A DNA stretch of 64,000 bases from Longimicrobiales bacterium. Its GTDB lineage: Bacteria > Gemmatimonadota > Gemmatimonadetes > Longimicrobiales > Gaopeijiaceae. The translations under genes and the position numbers were made by a program. This document shows, one piece after another, positions 43,681 to 53,464 of the stretch; the first letter of the stretch is position 1, and every line of letters begins with the position of its first letter. The stretch covers positions 288,001-352,000 of the forward strand of contig CBDAON010000004.1 of assembly GCA_965198065.1 (NCBI GenBank), in the 5' to 3' direction. The notes beneath the pieces are model-generated. The model was not told the DNA's origin. It was given only the letters and a program-made list of their open reading frames with translations, and made no database searches.

Positions 43681-45522
43681 TCAGCGTAGCGTGGCCGCGA
43701 TCGCCTCCATCTCGGCCGCGAGCAGCGCGCGTTTCCGCGCGTACTCCCCGACCCGGCCGCGGGTCAGGCCATCCAGGGCCTGAGCCTCAAGCTCGGCGGC
43801 GGTCGCGGTGAGCCGGTCCGCCACCGGAGGCCCCGCTGAGGCCGCCGCCGCGTCCAGGTCGTCAGCCACGCGCGCCGCCATCTGGGGATCGATGTTCTCT
43901 CCCCGGATTAGCTGGTCCAAGTAGGCCTTCGCCGCGACCACGCTCGTGGGCCAGGTGATCCGGGGCTGGTGCTGGGGATTGAAGGTGTCCGTTCGCGCCA
44001 GCCGGGCCGCTGCGATCTCGTTCTCCGAGAGATGCTCGCTCGGAACGAGCCGGAGAACGTCGAGACCGCGGGCAATCTCGGAGCCGTAGATGTACCCGTT
44101 GAACCAGTATGCCGACCAATGGCCCCCGAGCGTGATCTCCGAATCGTCAATCGGCCCTCGGTCGAAGAACGCGATCTCGAAGGGGCGGCCGGCGTCCGTG
44201 AAGTCGAAGACCGAAATCCCGCCCTGGTACCATGCTTGCGCCTTGATGTCTCGGCCCGGAACGGGAATGAGCGACCCGTTGTGAGCCACGCAGTTCTCCT
44301 CCTCCGTCTGCGGAACGGGCAGCTTGTAGTAGCTCCGGAAACGCAGCTCCCGACCCACGATGTCGAAGATGGCGTTGGCACCCCAAAGCGGCGGATCGTA
44401 GGCGCGACAGCGCGCGGCAATGCCCCCGCCCCACTCGTCCGTGAAGACCAGCTTGGTGCCGTCGTTGTTGAACGTCGCCGAGTGCCAGAACGAAAAGTTC
44501 GGATCCGCGACGTCGTACACGCGCACCGGGTTCACAGGATCGGAGATGTCGAGGAGGATCCCGTCACCCCGGCAGGCGCCCGCCGCGAGACCGATGTCGG
44601 GATACGCCGTGATGTCGTGGCACGCGCTGATGGGGGGAATCTCGCCGGCATCGCGATCGACCCCGTAGATCGCGGAGATGCTCCCGGTGACCGGATCGCC
44701 GAAGATGCGAGGCTGGTTCACGATCCGCGCGTTCTCGGGTGATGCGAGCGGAACTTGAATCACCTCGATCTGGAAGCGCGAGGTGTTCGGATCCTGTTCC
44801 GGCTCCGCGTCCGAGCAGCCCGCCACCTCCTCCGGCGGGCGGGTAGGGCTGTAAGCGGACACGTACACGTAGACGTTCTCGGGGTCGCCGGAGGAGGTCA
44901 CGAGCGAGTGGGTGTGGGAGCCGCGGCACGTCTGCACGGCCGCCACCTGACGGGGGTTCCGGACGTCGGTAATGTCGAAGACGCGGACGCCCTTGAAGCG
45001 ATCCGGGCTGACCGGATCCTCGACCCCCTGCGTGCCACAGTCCAGCCGGCCGATGTTCTCCTGAACAGACTGGAAGAGCAGGTTCTCGTAGACCGAGACG
45101 TCGCCCTGGTTGCCGGGACAGACGACCGAGACGATCAGCTCCGGATCCGTGGGATCGGACACGTCGAAGACGTTGAAGCCCCAGAAGTTCCCCATGAAGG
45201 CGTAGCTGTCGCGGAAGGCGAGGTCCGAGTTCTCGGCAAATCCCGCCGGGCGGGGGATGGTGGCCACAAGCTCGAGGCCGCGCGCGGCCTCACCGGCATC
45301 GAGAAGCCCTGCCCGGAGCCCAATGCGCGGGTCGGCGGCATCCCATTCCCATGCGGGAGGTGGGTCCACGTTCGCGCCCGGCTGCGCCTGCACAGCCTGC
45401 TGAGCGCTCACGTCCGCCGCATTCGTTAGCACGCCCATGAGAATCCACGGCGACCAGGTTCGAGCGGGGACACGAAGCCCACGCTCGCTCCATCCTCGCG
45501 CCCCTCTCGGCCGAGCTCTCAT
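43681..45522 (-). CDS. Exported LVIVD-repeat beta-propeller protein
   Basis: NSDLAF, CPGNQGDVS, FDITD..NP.QV, CRGSHTH, CHDIT, FWHSATF, DEWGGG, CVAHN, WYQGG. Confidence 0.82.
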   Translation of the reverse strand: MRARPRGARGWSERGLRVPARTWSPWILMGVLTNAADVSAQQAVQAQPGANVDPPPAWEWDAADPRIGLRAGLLDAGEAARGLELVATIPRPAGFAENSDLAFRDSYAFMGNFWGFNVFDVSDPTDPELIVSVVCPGNQGDVSVYENLLFQSVQENIGRLDCGTQGVEDPVSPDRFKGVRVFDITDVRNPRQVAAVQTCRGSHTHSLVTSSGDPENVYVYVSAYSPTRPPEEVAGCSDAEPEQDPNTSRFQIEVIQVPLASPENARIVNQPRIFGDPVTGSISAIYGVDRDAGEIPPISACHDITAYPDIGLAAGACRGDGILLDISDPVNPVRVYDVADPNFSFWHSATFNNDGTKLVFTDEWGGGIAARCRAYDPPLWGANAIFDIVGRELRFRSYYKLPVPQTEEENCVAHNGSLIPVPGRDIKAQAWYQGGISVFDFTDAGRPFEIAFFDRGPIDDSEITLGGHWSAYWFNGYIYGSEIARGLDVLRLVPSEHLSENEIAAARLARTDTFNPQHQPRITWPTSVVAAKAYLDQLIRGENIDPQMAARVADDLDAAAASAGPPVADRLTATAAELEAQALDGLTRGRVGEYARKRALLAAEMEAIAATLR

Positions 45523-46289
45523 CCCGGATTGCTCCCGCGATCGGGGTAGCCCGCCAGCATCTGGGTAATCCGGCGTATCTCGATGCTCTGGTCCGCGTGA
45601 ACGTGCGACGCGAACGCGGAAATCTCCGACTCCTGTCCGGCGGCCGGGGTTCCCAAGAGGTCACTTACCATCTCCAGGGCGCCCTCGTGGTGCTGGATCA
45701 TTCCCTCTAGGAGGAGCCGGTCGAATTCCGCGCCCTCGGCACCTTCAAGGGCCGCCATCTGGTCGGCGGAAAGCATCCCGGGCATGATGGCCGTCGGGGC
45801 CCCTGAAGCAGGCGACGCATCCGGACGCGCCCCGGCGGGTGCTTCAACGCCAAGCGCTCGACTCTCCCCCCTCGACTCGAGCCAGCGCTCCATCAGGCGG
45901 ATCTCGTCGATCTGGGACAGCTCGATGCGCCGGGCCAGGAGCGGGACGTCCCGGCTCACGGACCGGGCGGGCACCAGCGCCGCCATGAGGATGGCCTGCT
46001 CGTGATGCACGATCATTCCCTGCATGAAACGAGCGTCGGCCGCGGTGTGTTCCGGCCCGGAAAGGCTCGAGAGATCGTCGCGGGTGAGCACCCGTACTGA
46101 GCCCCCCGGAGGTCCGGGCTGGACCGTCCGGACCTGCGAGAGCGCGGGCGACGGGAAGGCGGAGATCGCGACGGTCGTCAGGGCGGCGACCGCCGCACCG
46201 GACCGGGCCCAACGAACCCGGAGCGCATCCCCGCCATCTGGGCGCCGGCTACGGTTGCCGTTACGGGACCTGGAGATCGAGCCGGGCAT
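45519..46289 (-). CDS. DUF305 (ferritin-like, CopM-like) exported protein
   Basis: FMQGMIVHHEQAILMA and GMIQHHEGALEM repeats; ATGA overlap with the LVIVD gene; start uncertain. Confidence 0.85.
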   Translation of the reverse strand: MPGSISRSRNGNRSRRPDGGDALRVRWARSGAAVAALTTVAISAFPSPALSQVRTVQPGPPGGSVRVLTRDDLSSLSGPEHTAADARFMQGMIVHHEQAILMAALVPARSVSRDVPLLARRIELSQIDEIRLMERWLESRGESRALGVEAPAGARPDASPASGAPTAIMPGMLSADQMAALEGAEGAEFDRLLLEGMIQHHEGALEMVSDLLGTPAAGQESEISAFASHVHADQSIEIRRITQMLAGYPDRGSNPG

Positions 46290-46359
46290 GGATATGGTTA
46301 TCGTACTCCGGGCCCCGTGAACGGTCAATCCAATCGGACCCAACGCCACGGGAGGCTTC

Positions 46360-47637
46360 ATGGCACCCCCTCATGTCGTGATCGTCGGCGGCGGCTTCGG
46401 AGGCCTGTACTGCGCCCGAGCACTCCGGAAGGCGCCCGTCCGGCTCACGCTCGTCGATCGAAGGAACTTCCACCTCTTCCAGCCCCTGCTCTACCAGGTC
46501 GCCACGGCGTCCCTCTCGCCAGCCGACATCGCGAGCCCCATCCGCGCCATCCTCAGGAAGCAGGCGAACGCAGAGGTGTGGCTGGGCGAGGTCGTGGACG
46601 TGGACCCTACACACCGTGAGGTCGTCTTGGCCGAAGGCACGATGGTCTCGTACGACTATCTCGTCCTCGCGACCGGCGCGACCCACGCGTACTTCGGTCA
46701 CGAGGAGTGGCAGGCGGTAGCGCCCGGGCTCAAAACGGTGGACGACGCGACCGAGATGCGCCGCCGCTTCCTCCTCGCCTTCGAATCGGCTGAGCGCGAG
46801 GCCAACCCGGACGCGCGAAGGCGGCATCTCACGTTCGTGATCGTGGGCGCCGGACCGACCGGTGTCGAGCTGGCCGGCGCCATGGCGGAGATCGCCCGAA
46901 GGGTGATGCCAATGGACTTCCGCGCCATCGACACGGCGAGTGCCCGCATCCTCTTGGTCGAGGGGTTCGATCGGGTGCTCCCGACCTATCCGGCGGATCT
47001 CTCGGAGCGCGCGAAGCGACAGCTGGAGCGCCTGGGCGTGGAGGTGCGTCTCGGTGCCAGGGTCACCGACGTCGGCGACGATTACGTGCGGGTCGGCGCG
47101 GAGCGCATCGAGACCGGAAACATCTTCTGGGCGGCCGGCGTCGCTGCGTCACCGCTGGGAGCGCGGGTCAGGGCCGAGGTAGATCCGGCCGGGCGGGTCC
47201 GGGTGGCTCCCGACGGCTCCGTCCCGGGGCACCCCGAGACTTTCGTCGTCGGAGACCTGGCCCTTCAGGTCCGGGAGGACGGCTCGCCCGTGCCCGGGGT
47301 AGCGCAGGGCGCCATCCAGATGGGTCGCCACGCGGCCCGGATGATCCGGGGCGACCTGGCGGGGAAGGAGAGAGAGCCCTTCCGCTACGTGGACAAAAGG
47401 GACCTCGCCACGATCGGCCGAGCCGCTGCGGTGGCCCGGATCGCGGGATTCCACGTCTCGGGACTCGCGGCGTGGCTCGTCTGGGTGGGAGTCCACATCT
47501 TCTACCTGATCGGCTTCCGGAACCGGATTCTCGTCATGATCCAGTGGGCCTGGGCGTACCTGACTTACGCTCGGGGAATCCGACTCATCACAGGGGACCC
47601 GGCCGTCGAGCTTGAGCGTGCGCGCCCGGCCCGGTAG
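46360..47637 (+). CDS. ndh: Type II NADH:quinone oxidoreductase
   Basis: GGGFGG, FQPLLYQVAT, GAGPTGVELAG, WAAGV, GD, AQGAIQ, ATIGR. Confidence 0.93.
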   Translation: MAPPHVVIVGGGFGGLYCARALRKAPVRLTLVDRRNFHLFQPLLYQVATASLSPADIASPIRAILRKQANAEVWLGEVVDVDPTHREVVLAEGTMVSYDYLVLATGATHAYFGHEEWQAVAPGLKTVDDATEMRRRFLLAFESAEREANPDARRRHLTFVIVGAGPTGVELAGAMAEIARRVMPMDFRAIDTASARILLVEGFDRVLPTYPADLSERAKRQLERLGVEVRLGARVTDVGDDYVRVGAERIETGNIFWAAGVAASPLGARVRAEVDPAGRVRVAPDGSVPGHPETFVVGDLALQVREDGSPVPGVAQGAIQMGRHAARMIRGDLAGKEREPFRYVDKRDLATIGRAAAVARIAGFHVSGLAAWLVWVGVHIFYLIGFRNRILVMIQWAWAYLTYARGIRLITGDPAVELERARPAR

Positions 47638-47641
47638 CGGG

Positions 47642-47675
47642 AACGGGCCCCGGAGCCTCTGCTCCGGGGCCCGTT
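47642..47675. terminator. Bidirectional terminator hairpin
   Basis: Perfect 15-bp stem AACGGGCCCCGGAGC-CTCT-GCTCCGGGGCCCGTT between convergent genes. Confidence 0.75.
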
Positions 47676-47705
47676 GGGCCTTCCCAGTTCGAGCCGTCCG
47701 TCAAG

Positions 47706-49070
47706 CTAGAAGCCGCCGCGACCACCACCGAAGCCACCGCCACGGCCACGGCCACCGCCACCGCCACCGCCCGGGAAGCGGTTGTTCACCACGTTGTTGA
47801 AGATCGACCCGAACTGCCACGAGAGCCCGAGGGAACCCCCGTAGTCGTAGTCCGTGGCCAGCTGGCGAACCTGGAACAGTCGCTCCTCTTCCGTCAGGTC
47901 CTCACCCGAGAGGAAGATCTGGTCGTGGACCTTGGACACTCTCGCGTTCAGGTTCACACTGATCCCCCGGGTGATCCGGTAGCTGACGAACCCGAACAAG
48001 CTCAGGTTGTAGAAGTTGGCGTTGTGTATGTAGTTCGAGAAGGTGGCCGAGACCGAGGCGTTCCCCCACGGCTGCCGCTGTGAGAAGTCGAGCGTGAAGG
48101 CCTCCTCCACGAGCACCTCGCTATCCTGCCCGTAAATCGTCTCCTCAATGTATCCCCGGTACACCGGGCCGATCTGGTAGAACGCCGTGAGGGAGCGTCG
48201 CGTGGCCTCCTCGTAGGGGAAGAAGCTGTACTCGATGGCCGGGTTCAGCTGGACCCTGGCGTGCTGGTTCTGCTGCTCCTGGCGCGCGGGCCCTCCCGTG
48301 ACCCCCACGGACCAGTGCTCTGCGATCGAATAGACGAGCCTCAAGTTCACGCTCCAGTTCACCCGGCGATTCGTGAACCAGGTCTCGTCCGACCGCTGTC
48401 TCTCGTCGTTGTTCAGGTTCCAGTTGCCGTTCAGACTCGTCTTCCACGTGGGGGTCGTCCTGGACGCGTTGAACCCGGCGTTGGCCCGGTACTCCCTGCT
48501 GGTCGCCTCAAAGTCGACATTCCCGCCCCCGTTGACCCGGAACGTCCACAGGTTCCACGGATCGTCCACTTCTTCGGGCGCGACGATGCCCTGGGGGGGC
48601 AACGCGTCGGACACATCATCGGCGTCCCCCTCGAAGGGCTCGACCCTGGCCACGTTTCGGAAGCCCGCTACGTTCGCGAACTGTGCGAGCCCGAGTGAGA
48701 GCGTGTACGCCACGCCGTCCAACTCCTCACGCTGGGTGTCCGTGTTCCTCGACTGGTAGCGGTTCTGGGTCACGTAGGCGGCCGAGGCACCGCGGCCGAT
48801 GAAGTCGAGAATGTATTCGCGGCCCCCCCCGCCCAGGGCCTGGCTCGTCATGATCACGTGGACATGAGCGTCCTGGGGATCCCGCACCCAATTGATCCAC
48901 GTGATCTCGGTTCGATAGTAGGTCTGGTCGCACTGCGGCCCCTGGCAGTCGAAGAAGACCCGGGGGCGACCCCCCGGAGCCTGACCGGGGTCCTGCGCCG
49001 CCAGCGATCCAGGCAAGAGCAGGAGGGGGAGGAGCACGAGAGGAGTCAGCGCTATGAAGGCTCGGCGCAT
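47706..49070 (-). CDS. Putative outer-membrane beta-barrel protein with Gly/Arg-rich tail
   Basis: Signal peptide; FFDCQGPQCD; alternating amphipathic strands; FGSIFNNVVNNRF then GGGGRGRGGGFGGGRGGF. Confidence 0.65.
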   Translation of the reverse strand: MRRAFIALTPLVLLPLLLLPGSLAAQDPGQAPGGRPRVFFDCQGPQCDQTYYRTEITWINWVRDPQDAHVHVIMTSQALGGGGREYILDFIGRGASAAYVTQNRYQSRNTDTQREELDGVAYTLSLGLAQFANVAGFRNVARVEPFEGDADDVSDALPPQGIVAPEEVDDPWNLWTFRVNGGGNVDFEATSREYRANAGFNASRTTPTWKTSLNGNWNLNNDERQRSDETWFTNRRVNWSVNLRLVYSIAEHWSVGVTGGPARQEQQNQHARVQLNPAIEYSFFPYEEATRRSLTAFYQIGPVYRGYIEETIYGQDSEVLVEEAFTLDFSQRQPWGNASVSATFSNYIHNANFYNLSLFGFVSYRITRGISVNLNARVSKVHDQIFLSGEDLTEEERLFQVRQLATDYDYGGSLGLSWQFGSIFNNVVNNRFPGGGGGGGRGRGGGFGGGRGGF

Positions 49071-49259
49071 CACATCACCACCATTCGAGTGAAGGCAAGC
49101 GGGCACCCGTTCTAGACACCCGGCCAGACTGGAGTGTTGACCCTGCGCGCCGCCGGGTCGAGGCCCCCCAGGGCCGCGCCCTCGGACCCGTACACACTCC
49201 TCACAAACGGCTCGACCCGAAGCCCACTCGACGACCGCGCGGGCCAAGGCGGCGCTCGG

Positions 49260-49823
49260 TCAGCCCGCATAGTATGGCATCATCATCAGGTAGACGACAA
49301 CGCCGGTGACGGCCACGAACATCCAAGCTGGAAGGGTCCACCGAGCGATCCGCCTGTGCCGCCGGAACTCGCCGCTCAGCCCGCGGACGACCGTATAGAG
49401 CGCGAGAGGGAGCACCAGGGGCGCTAGTGACACGTGGCTGATCAAGATCGCGAAGTAGGCCGTCCGCACCCAGCCCTCCCCTCCGTACCGGACGGAGGGG
49501 GCCTGAGAGTGATATAGCACGTACGACACGAGAAACACGCAGGACAGCGCTAACGCCGTGACCATGGCCCTCTGGTGCGCGGTCACCCTACGGGCCCGAA
49601 TGAGCCCGTATCCTACCGTGAGGAGGATGGCCGTCGAGCCGTTCAGGACGGCGTGCACACGCGGAAGGCCCGACACGTCCAGCCCCTCGATCCTCAGGGT
49701 CTCGGGGAATACGACGAGAGCGAAAACCACGGCGCATACGACGGCAGACAGCCCATACACGAGCGCCGCGAGCGACCGCTCGCCCATTCCCGACGTACCC
49801 GTTTCATCCACGCCTTCGATCAT
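49260..49823 (-). CDS. DUF420 membrane protein (CtaM/YozB-like)
   Basis: LPRVHAVLN, FLVSYVLYH, ILISH, HRRIARWT, TGVVVY; start uncertain. Confidence 0.82.
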   Translation of the reverse strand: MIEGVDETGTSGMGERSLAALVYGLSAVVCAVVFALVVFPETLRIEGLDVSGLPRVHAVLNGSTAILLTVGYGLIRARRVTAHQRAMVTALALSCVFLVSYVLYHSQAPSVRYGGEGWVRTAYFAILISHVSLAPLVLPLALYTVVRGLSGEFRRHRRIARWTLPAWMFVAVTGVVVYLMMMPYYAG

Positions 49824-49975
49824 CTCCCACCCCTCCGATCCATCCTCGCTGCCCGTCCCGACAGAGACGATCGCGGTTCGGACGGTCGGGAGAAAGCCCG
49901 AACCCATATTGACCCGCAGGCTCCGCGCACCGAGGATCAGGCGTATCCGTCCGGAATCCCGCCCTGGACTACCTC

Positions 49976-51253
49976 ATGCTTCCGGCACTCTCCTTCGTTC
50001 TCGGGCTGCTCGCGCAGAACGCGCCCGTCCAGACATCGCCCGCGCAGCCGGACACCGCGGCGGCGCGGTACGAGGTCTTTCTCTGGACCATCGACCAGGG
50101 AGCCGCGGTCTGGGAGCGCTTCGGGCATAACGCGCTCCTGATTCGCGACCGCACGACCGGAGAGGAGCTGGCCTGGAACTGGGGACTCTTCGACTTCAGC
50201 GCGGACGACTTCCTGGTCCGGTTCCTCCGCGGCAGTATGGAGTACAGCATGGGGCCGTTCGAGCCGGGCGCGCTCCTCGCCTCGTACGTGGCCGCCGATC
50301 GTACGGTCTACTCGAACCAGGTCCTCCTGTCCGACGAGGAAGCGGGAGCGCTCAACCAGCTGGTCCTCCGGAATTTCCTCCCCGAGAACCGCTCCTACGT
50401 CTACCACTACTTCCGGGACAACTGCTCTACCCGTATCCGGGACGCGCTCGATCGTGTGACGGGCGGGGTGCTGAGAGAGACGTTCGACGGCCGCGGGGTC
50501 TCTCGGAGCTATCGCTGGCACACGCGCAGGCTGGTCCAAGCGACCCTCTGGATCGACCAGGGCCTCTCCTTCCTTCTCGGAACCCGAGGAGACCTCGCCC
50601 GCTCGGATTGGGAGGCCATGTTCGTCCCCATGGAGATGATGACGCTGCTCGAAGGGGCGAGGCGTTCCGTCGGCCCGGACGGCACGGCGCCGTTCCTCGG
50701 GCCGAGGGAGGTGCTCTATCAGGGATCCCGGCCCCCCGCTCCGGACTCACCGCCCACGCTCTCGGCCGCGTGGGTCGTGCTCGGCCTCGGGCTGGGAGGC
50801 GGGCTCGTGGCGATGGGCAGGCTGGCCCGCCGGAGCCTCACGTGGGGGCGCTGGGCGCTGTCGCTCGCCGCCGCGAGCTGGGGGTTGTTCTCGGCGGGAC
50901 TCGGCGGGCTCCTCGTGATGGCGTGGTTCACGGACCACGACTTCATCCAGCGGAACGTGAACCTGCTCCACCTTTCCCCGCTCGGCCTCCTTTTGGCCGT
51001 TGCGTCTCTCGGTGCGGCGGTGTCCGGGGGGAGCGGGCGCGCCCAAGCCGCCGCGCTCGTGGTGGCCAGCCTCATCGCGGCCCTCTCGCTCCTCACCGCG
51101 CTCGTCGAAGCCACTCCGCTCCTCGACCAGGGAAACGGCGAGGTGCTCGCCATCGCGCTGCCGGTGAACACCGCCCTCGCGTGGGCGTTCTGGAGGGCCC
51201 GCGCGGAGCGGGCGTCACGTCAGCCGGCGCCGTCTCGAACGAGCCCGGCGTAG
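49976..51253 (+). CDS. DUF4105 membrane protein (Lnb-like lipoprotein N-acyltransferase candidate)
   Basis: Signal peptide; RFGHNAL, NWGLFDF, YHYFRDNCSTRIRD, MFVP; several C-terminal TM helices. Confidence 0.72.
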   Translation: MLPALSFVLGLLAQNAPVQTSPAQPDTAAARYEVFLWTIDQGAAVWERFGHNALLIRDRTTGEELAWNWGLFDFSADDFLVRFLRGSMEYSMGPFEPGALLASYVAADRTVYSNQVLLSDEEAGALNQLVLRNFLPENRSYVYHYFRDNCSTRIRDALDRVTGGVLRETFDGRGVSRSYRWHTRRLVQATLWIDQGLSFLLGTRGDLARSDWEAMFVPMEMMTLLEGARRSVGPDGTAPFLGPREVLYQGSRPPAPDSPPTLSAAWVVLGLGLGGGLVAMGRLARRSLTWGRWALSLAAASWGLFSAGLGGLLVMAWFTDHDFIQRNVNLLHLSPLGLLLAVASLGAAVSGGSGRAQAAALVVASLIAALSLLTALVEATPLLDQGNGEVLAIALPVNTALAWAFWRARAERASRQPAPSRTSPA

Positions 51254-52632
51254 AAGCGAACCGCGTCCAGGAACCCCGTCACGCGGACGCGCTCCGTTTC
51301 GGGCATCGTGCTGCCCGTCTCGGCCTCCTCACGGAGCGGCACGAAGCGGAGCACCGTATCGGTCACGTCTTCGAACGCCCGACCGCGTGTGGGCGCCGCC
51401 ACGAGTCCCGGGACCGCCTCCACGATGTCGGGGAACGTCCGGAAGGCCGCGCGACGGACGAGGGCGAACCCGTCCGATCCCGCGGAAGACTCGCGGGATG
51501 GCGGGATGGGCGGGCCGCCGTCGGGGGACAGGGAGACCTCGACCCCCAGGTCTCCCACGGCCTCGCGCGCGCTCGCCAGGACGCACTCTAGGGTGTTCCA
51601 CGGAGCGATCCCGACCTCTAGGTCGGCCGTGGCCCGGGGCCGCGACGGCTCCGCGCCCTGGCTCGCGTCGGACCTCAGGGCCGCGAACGTCGTCCGGACC
51701 ACCGGCTCGAGCTCGGCCCTCTCGGCGAGAGCGCGGGCCACGGGCCCCTCCAGGAGCCAGAGGTTCGCGGCGAGCATTCGAGATCCCGGGTCCAGATGGG
51801 GCCCCAGGGTCACGAGCTGATCTCGGGTCGGTCCCGTGAGGCGCGCCGGGAGGCGCGCCTCCTCAAGCCGCAACACGGCCTGGTTGATCGGTTCCGCCGC
51901 TCCCGGGCTCCCCGGGACACCGGCGGAAGGCGGCCCGCTCACCCGGAGGACCGCCCGCCCTCTCTCGGCCGTGCCGACCACCGCTACCGGATCCGAAAGG
52001 CCCGGCATAAGCGCGGTCCGCACCATGGAGCCGCCGACCAACGCCCACACCGGCCGGACCCCTCGACGCGCCAGGTGGGCCGCCACGGCCCCCGCGCCCG
52101 CCCCGGACCGGGAGCCATCGCGCGTGAGCGCCACGAGGACGGTGCGCCGCGGGCGGAACCCGTCGCCCAGGAGCAAGTCCATCGCCTCGAGCAGGGCCAG
52201 GGCGGGGGCCGCCACCGAACGCGCCCCCCGGCCCTGCGCGTATCCACCCTCGATCGGGCCGGGGCCCCCCTCCGACGGTAGGCGCGCCGCCTCCGGCGGG
52301 GGCTCCGCCCCATCGCTCGGATAAAGGGAGACGGCAAGGAGGATCGGGGGAAGCCACGTGTCGGACCCCTCCCAGGTCAGGAGGACCGAGCCCCCGGCCA
52401 GCGTGTCCGCCGTGACAGGCCCTCCCGCGAACGCCGGGACCTCGACCCGGCCCACCCGGATCGCTTCGGACAGCCGGGCCACCACGCTCGCCTCGTCGAT
52501 CGAGAGGGCGACGGGCTCCACTTCGGGGGCGGCGGCCGCCTGGAGGCCCGCCATGCGGAAGACGAGGATCACCGTCACCATGCCCGAGATCACGAGAACC
52601 GTGACCAGGGCACGGAGCAGGAGAGTCTTCAG
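51220..52632 (-). CDS. M20 (carboxypeptidase S/PM20D1-like) homologue lacking metal ligands
   Basis: SVLLTWEGSD..LPPILL, GRGA, GFRPRRTV, VGTAERG, ANLWL, RTT, ERV scaffold; start uncertain (CTG overlapping upstream stop, or later ATG). Confidence 0.72.
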   Translation of the reverse strand: MKTLLLRALVTVLVISGMVTVILVFRMAGLQAAAAPEVEPVALSIDEASVVARLSEAIRVGRVEVPAFAGGPVTADTLAGGSVLLTWEGSDTWLPPILLAVSLYPSDGAEPPPEAARLPSEGGPGPIEGGYAQGRGARSVAAPALALLEAMDLLLGDGFRPRRTVLVALTRDGSRSGAGAGAVAAHLARRGVRPVWALVGGSMVRTALMPGLSDPVAVVGTAERGRAVLRVSGPPSAGVPGSPGAAEPINQAVLRLEEARLPARLTGPTRDQLVTLGPHLDPGSRMLAANLWLLEGPVARALAERAELEPVVRTTFAALRSDASQGAEPSRPRATADLEVGIAPWNTLECVLASAREAVGDLGVEVSLSPDGGPPIPPSRESSAGSDGFALVRRAAFRTFPDIVEAVPGLVAAPTRGRAFEDVTDTVLRFVPLREEAETGSTMPETERVRVTGFLDAVRFYAGLVRDGAG

Positions 52633-53369
52633 GGCGAATCCTCGCTCTCGGGCCAGAGTCCCAGGTTCAGGCCGCCCTCGAGGAGCGTCACCGACTGGTC
52701 GCCGCAGAGCGGAGAGTAGTCCCCGATCTCGCACCCTTCCATCTTGACTTGGTGGAAACGGAACCCCCCGTAAACGCTGACGGGGAACGGGCCGGGCACC
52801 GGAAGCCTTCGATGGAGCTCGAAGACGATCACGCTTCCGTCCGCCCCGCGGCTCCACGCCAGGCGGCCGCGGCCCGCGTCCGCGGGGGGCACCACCACGG
52901 AACGGCCCGTCATGCTCCCGATCCCGACCGACGTCACGACCCCCGCGGTCCGCCCGACCCCCGCCCGCATCGCCCAGTTCTCGCCTCCCCCCCGGAACAT
53001 GAGCATGAGGCTCGTAAAGTCCACGTCGGTCTCCGCGGCGACGTCTTCCTTGAGGCAGTCCTCTCCTGTGACCCCGCAGGTCACGCGGTACACATCTGGA
53101 GACGGCGCAAGGCGGTCGAACTCGATCCCGATCCCCATCCCGTTCGGAAGGAAATAACGGAGGCCCGCCCCGAACCCGTCGGTGAACCCCACCTCGTCCA
53201 CGCTGGAGTAACCCATGCCGCCCGCGACCCGGATCTCCTGCGCAACCGCGGGAGAGCCCGCGCCGGACACGGCCAGCACGGCCGAGAGGAGAAGCCCGAT
53301 GGGGCGAACCCCGAAGCGAGAGGAGGCCACGGGGCCGCGTTCTCCGAACACGTTCTGCATGGTCGGCAT
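52629..53369 (-). CDS. Putative small outer-membrane beta-barrel protein
   Basis: Signal peptide ending AVA-Q; amphipathic strands (GAGLRYF, GIGIEF, EGGLNLGLW); two Cys pairs in loops. Confidence 0.55.
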   Translation of the reverse strand: MPTMQNVFGERGPVASSRFGVRPIGLLLSAVLAVSGAGSPAVAQEIRVAGGMGYSSVDEVGFTDGFGAGLRYFLPNGMGIGIEFDRLAPSPDVYRVTCGVTGEDCLKEDVAAETDVDFTSLMLMFRGGGENWAMRAGVGRTAGVVTSVGIGSMTGRSVVVPPADAGRGRLAWSRGADGSVIVFELHRRLPVPGPFPVSVYGGFRFHQVKMEGCEIGDYSPLCGDQSVTLLEGGLNLGLWPESEDSP

Positions 53370-53464
53370 GCCGAAAGGTAGGGAAGCGGACGTCCCTCGA
53401 ACCAGGGGCCTGGGGGCGCGCGCGGGTGCCCACGAGCCGAAGGGCAGAGCCGGATCCGCCGCGC

